Source: Octopus bimaculoides
Lineage: Eukaryota
NCBI RefSeq assembly: GCF_001194135.2
Contig: NC_068981.1
Span: 36,285,846 to 36,349,173 of the forward strand
Direction of reading: 5' to 3'
Length of the DNA: 63,328 bases
In this document: one piece after another, positions 53,801 to 63,328 of the stretch
How positions within the stretch are numbered: the first letter of the stretch is position 1
How the letters are laid out: the number at the start of each line of letters is the position of its first letter
The notes under the pieces: model-generated
Told to the model about the DNA's origin: nothing
What the model saw: only the letters and a program-made list of their open reading frames with translations
Databases searched by the model: none
Made by a program: the position numbers and the translations under genes

Positions 53801-55091
53801 ATAAACTGATTGTGTCATTTCAGTTTTTCCGTATGGCGTCCTAAATGTGCATGTCTGTTGATTAAATCTTTATTTGAAAGTAACTTTCTTGTTTATATTC
53901 ACTGCATATATACGTTACATCATACAAAATTGTGAGTATTCTTTTACTTTGTAATAATGTTTTCCATTCAAATGATGGCCATGTGTATAAGTGTAAAAGT
54001 GTAGATATATTTTGTTCACATTTTCAATTACATTTGCAGATTTAAAAAACTGGAAGAACAACATTTTGAATTTCCTGAAAGTGTAACCACACACAATACT
54101 AATGCTTTCATTATTGAATACATATTGCTTTCCTTATTTTGCTCACGTATAATAAAGCCTTATGTCTGTTAGTAATATATAGTTTCCTAGAACTACTAAC
54201 TTTGTGTAATTCTAGTTTTTTCTTTGTTTCACTATTGGAGTATAAAAGTTATTGCTTCATTATTTACTGATGATTTCAAAAGATTTTATTACAAAAAGTA
54301 TTAAACATGATCTTGCATACTAATGTGATGTAAAATGTTGTCAGATACATCTGACCCATTCCCTTACCACATAAATTTGTCTAAATCGCTTGAGACCAAT
54401 AACTGATTTTTAAAAGTCTTTTGAGAGGGACGAGATCTATATTTCTTGAAAAATGTTGTTTGACTAATGTAATTTGATGGAAATATATGTGGCATGTAGG
54501 AATTCCATTTATAAATTACTTTTAACTTCAAAAAGTCAAATGACAATTTGAAGATTTTTGAACATGAGTCATTTAAGTTAGCAGCAATATTACAAAAAAA
54601 TCAAAAGTGTATTTTAAAAGAGAAACAAAAGCATAATTAAAATCAGCAGCAATATTTCCATAATGAAACTCCAAAAATGTGTGGTGGAGGGAACAACATG
54701 GTACCAAGAAAATACAAGAGCGCCCAAAACCAATTGCATATTGCATATAATTTTGCTTTGTTTTTAGCAAAAGTATTTTCATTCCATTTTAAAATTTATC
54801 ACTTCATTCAAAGAAAAATCTTTAATCAAAGGTGATTGACAAAAACTAAAACTAAAGACATCTCACAGTAAGTGAAGATACGCACTAACATGCACACACA
54901 CACACAAATATATACACATACACATTACACACACACATTAATATTCATAATTATACATATATGTATTATAAATGTATATTTAAATATACATACACATATA
55001 TAAATATACATCACACATGAGACTCTTGGCCCATGAAACTCTAATTTTTACTGATTAGTGATAATATATATATATATATATCATATATGTA

Positions 55092-55168
<77 letters not shown>

Positions 55169-55744
55169 TACACACTCATATTTTAAGTTCTATTTTCTTG
55201 TTTACATAACCAAACCTACATATACACTTATACATACACACATATTTATGTGTGCGAGTGAATATAAGAATGCTGGCAGAAGAAATGTTCATAGCGGGTG
55301 AGGAGTGAGCAATCTGGAGGCAACTTTAGTGGTAAGGTCAGTTCTCAAGATATTGGAGAAATCACAGATGAGATGTTTTGAAGCAGGACTAAGAGCAGTG
55401 GTAATACGTTATACTGTAGAAGTATGACCACCAAAATAATACTGATGATAATGACGATGATAGTGACAGTAAGACACTCATTTGCATGTGTTTGTATGCT
55501 TGAGCGTGTGTTATATAGGCAACAGAAATTTGCCTATATATGTGTACATATATTCACAGAAACATTGTAAAACAGAAGCAGAGGTAATAGGCTTACTACA
55601 TGTCATGTACATATTTGTACATAATATCGTTTATTTATGCAGTTGAAAAGGCTTGGATAAAAGATATGTTATGTTACGTACTTGCATACATCCATCAGTA
55701 GACACACACAAACAGACAGACAGACACACACAAACAGACAGACA

Positions 55745-55782
<38 letters not shown>

Positions 55783-56248
55783 NNNNNNNNNNNNNNNNNN
55801 NNNNNNNNNNNNNNNNNNNNNNNNNNNNNNNNNNNNNNNNNNNNNNNNNNNNNNNNNNNNNNNNNNNNNNNNNNNNNNNNNNNNNNNNNNNNNNNNNNNN
55901 NNNNNNNNNNNNNNNNNNNNNNNNNNNNNNNNNNNNNNNNNNNNNNNNNNNNNNNNNNNNNNNNNNNNNNNNNNNNNNNNNNNNNNNNNNNNNNNNNNNN
56001 NNNNNNNNNNNNNNNNNNNNNNNNNNNNNNNNNNNNNNNNNNNNNNNNNNNNNNNNNNNNNNNNNNNNNNNNNNNNNNNNNNNNNNNNNNNNNNNNNNNN
56101 NNNNNNNNNNNNNNNNNNNNNNNNNNNNNNNNNNNNNNNNNNNNNNNNNNNNNNNTCCAGGAACACTTCTGAGGAACACTTTATTGCATTTTGTTACAGA
56201 GATCAAATATTGCTACAATGGTGAAATGTACAGAGGAACTATATTTAA

Positions 56249-56281
<33 letters not shown>

Positions 56282-56289
<8 letters not shown>

Positions 56290-57475
56290 TTACTGATGAA
56301 GGCCAGTTTATAGGGTTATCCTGGATTTCTCGCCATGAAGGGTACCTTTATGGTGTATATTCAGACCCTAAGACCTGATGGCTTATGGCCTCTTTAAAAT
56401 ATGGAGATGAAAATGATAGATATAAACAATGGGGGTTATCTCCCTTTGGTGCTGGTCATCGGTTTCCAGCTGTGTTGTCCTCCTTCAGTCATGCCACCTG
56501 TCAGCTATGAGGGTAAGAGTTAGGGGGTTATCCCCTACTCTCATAAGCAATTAATTTCCAGCAACAACAACAGCAGCAGCAACATCATCGAGAGTGGAAG
56601 TGACAGGAGCAACATCAACATCGGTAGGCTTAATAACACTAATACATGCAGAGGCAGTAACACTACCGACACAACCACCAACAGCCCCAGCACCACCAAA
56701 ATCAACACCATTGGCAGTAACAGCAGCAGCACCGACAGCAGCAGCAACATTGACAACTACAACCGCAACAGTAGCAACAGCACCAACATCAGCAGTGGTA
56801 GCAGCACCAACTACAGCAAGGAAATACATTGCATGCATGGGAACTTCTTTTAAAAAATGTCTCTCCAACCATAGATCCTCTTTCAGGGTTCTGGAAAGGA
56901 GATATGTAACATTGCTGGCCAGCCATATCTGGCAACTGAAGGAAGATGCAATTCTATACTCGATATCATGGAAAATCCTCCACTGTCCAAGTTCGTACAT
57001 AAATGGAACGAAATGCTGCAAGCTATACATAGCTGAATGCATGGTAGTCCTGAAAAACTTGCACATACAAGAGACCATACTGAACTCCAGAATGGAAATT
57101 TTGGGGCTTTACTTGTATTTTGGGAGATTCCTGTTAGCATTGTGGGAACCATATAATAGTGATAATAATGGTATTAGCAATAATTTCACCACAGCTGGAA
57201 ATTGATTACTGATGAGAGTAGGGGATAACCCCTACCTCTTACTCTCATAGCTGACAGGTGGCATGACTGAAGGAGAACGTCACAGCTGAAAGCTGATGAC
57301 CAGCACCAAAGGGAGATAATCTCCACTGTTTATATCTGTATCATTTCCCCCTCTATATTTTAAAGAGGCCATAGGCCATTGGGTCTTAGGGTCTGAAGAT
57401 ATGCCATAAAGGTACCCTTTATGGTGAGAAACTCAGGATAACCCTATAAACTGGCCTTCACCAGTAATCAATATA
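56282..57475 (+). mobile_element. Penelope-like element derivative: GIY-YIG endonuclease fragment between two ~281-bp inverted repeats
   Basis: Arms 56282-56562 and 57194-57475 are reverse complements (~87% by eye). The spacer ORF encodes KYIACMGTSFKKCLSNHRSSF...LASHIWQLKE...ISWKIL...CCKLYIAE...LNSRMEI, the pattern of Penelope GIY-YIG domains. Confidence 0.85.
56594..57205 (+). CDS. 203-codon open frame: T/A/P-rich low-complexity leader fused in frame to a degenerate Penelope GIY-YIG domain (GTG start; function unproven)
   Basis: From the ORF track. The domain shows substitutions at typically conserved sites (YIA rather than YIG). Confidence 0.4.
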   Translation: MEVTGATSTSVGLITLIHAEAVTLPTQPPTAPAPPKSTPLAVTAAAPTAAATLTTTTATVATAPTSAVVAAPTTARKYIACMGTSFKKCLSNHRSSFRVLERRYVTLLASHIWQLKEDAILYSISWKILHCPSSYINGTKCCKLYIAECMVVLKNLHIQETILNSRMEILGLYLYFGRFLLALWEPYNSDNNGISNNFTTAGN

Positions 57476-57843
57476 GACTGCTCTACTTCTTAGAGTATGC
57501 TTCTTCTCTGGATTTATGTTTTTCTAAAAAAACGATTTATATATATATATTTGTGTGTTTTCTTTTTTGTTTCATTTCCTTGATATCATCAAGCAATAGT
57601 GTTCATTTCTAGAATGCTATGAAAGCAATGTCTTTTAATGGGGAAATATCACCTTGTTTGGAAGCATGTGAGGAATGGTAACAAGAAAGGCATCCAGCCA
57701 GATAAAATCTATTTCAATAAATTCTATTGGAACCATGTAAGCATGAAAAAGTAGAAGTTAATAACAGTGATGCTTACTACCATATTGAATTCCATATCAG
57801 ATAATGCTTGGGCTATGTAAAATAGGTTTTAATATACTTTGTT

Positions 57844-57928
<85 letters not shown>

Positions 57929-58103
57929 ATGGATAGGAATATTAGATCCAGGTAGTACCATCCATGTATACTAGTATAATCCAGGTTCTGGCTAACCACA
58001 TTGAATGATATGGAATAATTAGGGATTATTTAAGGTAAGCTGGTTGGGTAAATCCTGAGTTCACTTCACTGGATTATAAACAGTTTACAGAGTGTATATT
58101 CAA

Positions 58104-58600
58104 GACATGAAAATAAAGGTGGAGAATTATACATCTACACAGTTTTTTATTATTACAGTGTGTTATAAGTTTTTATTCTCTTTGAACCACCATCCGACAT
58201 AAATTTTTGCAGCATGGATAGATATCTTGTTACGTGGTGTCCATTTGCATCATTTTGGTTCAGTTGCATTAAGATTTCATCCTGGTTAAAAGTATCAATT
58301 CAGCTTTATTCAAGGTGTTGCCTCTTGTAAAGTTTGAAGCAAACTATTAAACCATTATACTTTAGTTTGCTTCAAACTCTGTTAGTGGCAACATCTTGAA
58401 TAAAGCTGCATACATACATTTAAGCAGGATAAAATCTTAATGCAGTTGAACCAACAGGATGCAAATAGATACTGCTTAACAAAATATCCATGCAGCAGGA
58501 ACATATATTGGATGGAGGTTCAAAGAGAATATACTGTATAAAAGACTGTAATAATAAAAAAAAACTGTGTAGATGCATAATTCTCCATTATTTTAATGTC
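58104..58600. repeat. ~500-bp imperfect palindrome (foldback/MITE-like)
   Basis: A perfect 16-bp core, agtttgaagcaaacta (58331-58346) / tagtttgcttcaaact (58363-58378), around a 16-nt loop. Pairing continues through cagctttattcaa, gcattaagattt.atcctg, ctctttgaacc and catctacacagtttttt out to gacat/atgtc. Confidence 0.93.
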
Positions 58601-58603
58601 ATC

Positions 58604-58759
58604 AGGAGTGGCTGTGTGGTAAGAAGCTTGCTTCTCAACCACATGGTCCTGAATTCAGTTCCACTGTGTGGCACCTTGGGCAAGTGTCTTCTATTATAGC
58701 CTCGGGCTGACGAAAGCCCTGTGAGTGGATTTGGTAGATAGAAACTGAAAGAAACCCGT

Positions 58760-58801
<42 letters not shown>

Positions 58802-58950
58802 TCTGTAACTCACCAGTTTGGCAAAAAGACACTGATAGGATAAGTACTAAGCTTACAAAGAATATGTCTTGCGGACAATTTGTTTGACTGAAGGTGGTGC
58901 TCCAGCATGGCCACAGTCAAATGACTGAAACAAGTAAAAGAATAAAAGAA
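58604..58950 (+). mobile_element. Family B tRNA-derived SINE, full length
   Basis: aggagtggctgtgtggtaagaagc (A box), gaattcagttcc (B-box-like), gtggcaccttgggcaagtgtc (MIR/CORE-like), an internal (TA)n, and the 3' end gctccagcatggccacagtcaaatgactgaaacaagtaaaag. Confidence 0.9.
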
Positions 58951-59329
58951 TATATATATGGGCAGAGGGATTTAAAAGTCTAATGACTTAAGTATTAATT
59001 AAAACCAACTAACACCGTGGTCAGTTAAGCAACATGATGTAAGACTTGTCTCTTCCCTTTCCATTCTTCCCTTCCAGCTCCTCACCACAGTCTTTCTCCA
59101 CTTCCCCATGACATTTACTAAACCCTCCCAACCACAGTCACTCCTGTTGCTTGTCAGGACTCAGGGATTCCAGAATAGCTGATCTACTGCTCTGTTATTC
59201 ATATAGCTAGTTTTCTGCTGAGCCGCCCCAGACAATTGAACTTGATCTGCCCAGACAATTGAACCAGACTAGTGATATATTGTGATATAGAATAGCATGT
59301 CATCTTTTGATAATGACATTTTCATAAAA

Positions 59330-59525
59330 TATAATCCTTTCTGCTATAGGTTCAAAGCCTGAAGTTTTAGGGGATGTGGTTAGTGGATTACATCAACCCA
59401 GTGCCATGAAAGAATGAAAGGCAAAAGTGACTGTAGAAGAATTTGATCTCAGAACATAAATACAGATGAAATGTGGTTAAGCATTTTGCCTGGTGTGCTA
59501 ATGAATCTGCCAGTTTGCTGCCTCA
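59330..59525 (-). mobile_element. Family C SINE, internally deleted
   Basis: gaatgaaaggcaaaagtgac...aatttgatctcagaac...gcattttgcctggtgtgctaatgaatctgccag. Confidence 0.7.
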
Positions 59526-59556
59526 CTAATAGTAGTAGTAGTAGTAGTAGTAGTAG

Positions 59557-60041
59557 GACCTGTCAGAAAAGTTTGAAGACAGGCACTTTCGTATCTAGCC
59601 AAGCCCTCATCAATTTCTTCAAATATCATTTGAAGAGGAAGGTTAGGGTAAAGAGGGAGATGCTGCCTTCTAGGGTGTTTATCAAAAGGTGGTTGACAGT
59701 GGCAAGACTGGTTAGACTGAATATGCTTTTCTAAGCAGGAGGAAAGAAACTGGAAAAAGGCAATTGCCCATGCCTTGGAGATGGTGGAGCAATCCGGGAT
59801 TTTTGTATGGGGTTTATCCTGGATTACCCTAAGTAAGTATTTATTTATTTATTTATAATTTATTTCTCTACTTTCTATTATATACCCTCTGCTATATCCT
59901 TTAATGCGGTAGTATCTCCCCTTGAGTGATGTTAACCCCACGTTTTTGTAATTTTTTGTGCTGTGTGCTGTAACTCATCCTTTAATATTGTCTTCCATGT
60001 CTTGGGCCCTTGTGGCTAATAAAAGACATTATTATTATTAT

Positions 60042-60042
<1 letters not shown>
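59557..60042 (+). mobile_element. 5'-truncated L1/Tx1-like LINE 3' end within an (AGT)n tract
   Basis: The frame reads FVSSQALINFFKYHLKRKVRVKREMLPSRVFIKRWLTVARLV*, a Tx1-type ORF2 C-terminus. Then a ~290-nt UTR, AATAAA at 60018 and an (ATT)n tail; (AGT)n on both flanks. Confidence 0.75.
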
Positions 60043-60073
<31 letters not shown>

Positions 60074-60190
60074 TTATGTATATAAAAAAAAATTGTGCAA
60101 AATAAAAAAAAAATTATGACTCATTTAAATGCTAAAGAGGCTTCTGAATCTTCTTGTGTGTGTGTGCGTGTGTGTATATATATATATATA

Positions 60191-60564
60191 TCTATATACA
60201 TAAATGTGTAATAGTGTCTGTCTGCGTGTTTGGGGTTACTCTAATTGCTCCCACACTGACCAACCAATTTTAATGATTTTTGGCACATAGGTAGATCACA
60301 TGCCCTGAAGGTCAAATAAGGTCGGAATTTTTTGAAAACTTGATAATGCTCAGTTGGTATTGATTTTTGTGAGCTCAATTGGGCGTTTGAATGGAAATTC
60401 CCATAATGATGTTATTTTTCCTGCAGTTTTTGCATTTTTTTCACGTGTAAAATTTCAACAAAATTGATAGAATAGTCGCTAAGGAAATACTTATTCAATA
60501 CAAGGTCAGAGGTGGGCTTAACTTCAACATGGAAAGCACGAGCAACACTGGATCCAAAAGCTAG
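60191..60564 (+). mobile_element. Non-autonomous Helitron-type element
   Basis: 5' a|TCtatatacataaa followed by gtctgtctg and ccaattttaatgatttttggcacataggtag; 3' cacgagcaacactggatccaaaagCTAG. The expected following T is hidden by the N gap. Confidence 0.72.
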
Positions 60565-60589
60565 NNNNNNNNNNATATATATGCATAGA

Positions 60590-61315
60590 CATGATAGTGA
60601 GCTGTAGGCCCAGAATATAGAGGACACACAAAGGTTAGAAAGGAATGAGGCTAGTATGCTCTGCTTGATGTGTAAATGTGAGAGTACAAATTTGACAGTG
60701 CTAGTGTTTTGAGAGAGAATTTAGGCATAAGAAGTATTAGTTGATGTGTTCAAGAGAGAAGATTGCACTGGTTTGGTCATATGATGTTGATGGATGTTGA
60801 CAGTTCCATAAAGAAGTGCTGATCTCTCAAAACAGATGGAACATGTGGAAGTGGGATATCCAGGAAGACATGAGACAAAGTACTGAAGAACGACCTCAGG
60901 ACACTGTATCTTTCAGGCAAGATGACAAGGACCGAGTGCCTGGCACCTTGCTGTACTCAAGAAGATCTGTACTTCCCAGCAGAAGTGTTAAGACCGGTTC
61001 CCCTGATGGTGAGGATTGACTTGCAAGAGTCTTGTGCTGGTGCCACATAAAAGCCTCCATGTGGTGCCTTGTAAAAGTTCCAATGTGGCGCCACATAAAA
61101 GTATCCATATGGCACCACATAAAAGCACCTGGGCAGCGCTGCATGTACAAGCACCCAGCACACTCTGTAAAGTGATTGGTGTTAGCAAGGACATCCAGCT
61201 GTAGAAAGCATGCCAAATCAGACTGGAGTCTGGTGCAGCTCCCCACTTTGCTAGCTCTGGTCAAACCATCCAACCTATACCAGTGTAGATGATGGACATT
61301 AAATGATGATGATGA
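60590..61315 (+). mobile_element. RTE-clade LINE 3' fragment: ORF C-terminus plus 3' UTR (the family A sequence) and (GAT)n tail
   Basis: QRLERNEASML, QERRLHWFGHMMLM, RKT*DKVLKNDLRTL and AWHLAVLKKI, running directly into tandem gccacataaaag units and the family A tail. Confidence 0.88.
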
Positions 61316-61536
61316 TAGACCACACACACATGCACACACATGCGCACACATGCACACACAAACACACACACACACACACACACACACATTTGAAGCTATT
61401 GTTTTCACTTTGTTGTGATTCAAAGTTTCCAATTATTAGTGATTATACAAAAGTAGAAACTGTCAGTAATGAAGGAGTAAAATATCAGCTTTGAATGGAT
61501 AAATCAACTTTATTGCATATATAAAATATTCTTAAC

Positions 61537-61580
<44 letters not shown>

Positions 61581-63328
61581 CGTGTGTGTATGTGTAAGGA
61601 CTTTGCCTCAATAATATACATATCAAGCCCATGCTAGCATGGAAAAGCAGATGAGAAAGCAGATGAATGAATATATATATGTGTGTCTTTGTGTCTATGG
61701 GGATGTGTGTATGTTTGTGTGTACATGAGTGTGTTTATGTACCTAGATTCTTAATAGCTTGTTAAAATGTTTTCTTTCAATGACACATGTACCTAGTCAT
61801 AAATATATGTAAATGTAGTCAGACATACACTTACATTGATGTGTATACAATAAAACCTATTTTTATTTCATAAATCCAACTGTCATATACATTCACCATG
61901 CACACAAATGCTTTACACACATGCACATACACAGGTACACAAATACTGTAGAACACACACACTTGTATAGATGCATATGTACATGCACACATACAGACAG
62001 ATTGATACACATATACATACATACATGCATATTTATATGTCCTATAACTGGAAAGCATCGCTTGTATTTCAGAGTGCTTCAGTTTAAGTTGATTTTGTTC
62101 ATAATAGTTAAACAGTTGTTTGCTCCTTCCTCTATTTCTCTCTCTCTCCTCATTCTTTTACTCCTTCTTTTTCATCACCCTCTCCATCATCATTGTCTTT
62201 TACTTTTCTCCTCTTTATGCCTGTCTTTCCTTCTTTTCTTTGTGTGTGTGTGCATGCATGTGTGTGTGTGATGGGGTTGTCATCATTCTCTGCAATGTTC
62301 TTTCCTTCATTTATTTATTTATTTTCTCACCTTTCCATTTTTCTCTCAAATAAGTGAATGAATGAATTCATTCACTTATTTCTCTCGCTTTCTCTCAGTC
62401 AATCTGTCTGTCTGTTTCTACTCCTTTCTACCTCCTTGTCTTTAACTCACTGCTTGTTTTCTCTCCTTTTCAAGACTTATCTTGCTCACTCACTCACTAT
62501 TTCAACTCCTTCACTCCTCATGCTCTTTCTTCCAATCAGTATTTATTTTCTCCTCTTGTTTTCTGTCTTTTATTTTCCCATTTACTCTCCAGCTGTATGC
62601 AAATCTCTCTATTACACTTTACACACACTTTTTCTCTCATCCTCTGCTTTCACTCACTTTCTCACTATTTCTCTTTCTTCCTCTCATACACGCACATAGT
62701 CATACACTCACACACTCATCCGTGTATGTGCTCAGCACCAATACATTTGTTAGATGAAATCAATAGTACTGGATACGATGTGAGTAGGGAAGACGGACGC
62801 TGTAGTACTCTGAAGCAGTCTCAGACTTGTGGAGAGAGAGAGAAAGAGAGTGCATTATAAGCGAGAAAGAGATAGAGGGATAACAAATGAGAAAGAGAGA
62901 GAGATAGAAAGAGAGAGGGAGAGAGAAAGAGTGTGGTAGAAAGAAAATAGAATAATGCAAGTCAAACTGTTAATGTGGTTGAGAAAAGCCGGTTCCAAGT
63001 GGTAAATGGATGAGGGTAAGATAGTGATAAAGTGGTGGTTGGATAAAATGGTGGCAGTGCATATGGTAGAGAACACAGAAACATATGTAAAATAAAGAAC
63101 ATATCTGGTAAAATATAACACAGCTAAATGCACACATGCTCAAAGATACTCATATATACATATATGTACATATGTGTTTGTATATAAAAATATATAAGTA
63201 TTCAAAAGCATATGCATACCAATCTGTGTGTGTGTGTGTATATGTATATCTGTGTGTGTATATATATAAATATATATATATATATATAAATATATATATA
63301 TATTTATATATATATAAATATATATATA

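Noticed and set aside
56282-57475. Hammerhead ribozymes within the Penelope-associated arms
   Set aside because: CTGATGA is present, but no GAAA follows a stem II in any topology I could build.
61040-61150. Short regularly spaced repeats resembling a CRISPR array
   Set aside because: Eukaryotic context, no unique spacers and no cas genes; they are the tandem units of the RTE 3' UTR.

Overview
Eukaryotic, very AT-rich, microsatellite-dense non-coding DNA from a gapped short-read assembly (10 N-runs). The repeat types and the (TA/CA/AG/AAT/GAT)n density look like an Octopus (cephalopod) intron or intergenic region; this is inferred from pattern recognition, not from a search. I could not identify any host protein-coding gene, and there are no prokaryotic features or CRISPR arrays. 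Most listed ORFs are translations of microsatellites or gaps. The window is mainly transposable-element relics: three recurrent SINE-like families (my labels A, B, C; A is shown here to be the 3' end of an RTE LINE), five Dong/R4-type LINE fragments plus one from a second RLE lineage, a Tx1/L1 3' end inside an (AGT)n tract, a DD37D (maT) mariner, a Tigger/pogo relic and a non-autonomous Helitron. The most unusual part is 56.3-58.6 kb. There a Penelope GIY-YIG endonuclease ORF with an in-frame Thr/Ala/Pro-rich leader sits between two ~280-bp inverted repeats, each with its own terminal inverted repeats, and a ~500-bp foldback palindrome follows about 630 bp later. Also flagged: a decayed hammerhead-ribozyme motif, apparent microsatellite targeting by retroelements, and several candidate small exons. 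Repeat boundaries are approximate (tens of bp) unless stated otherwise.
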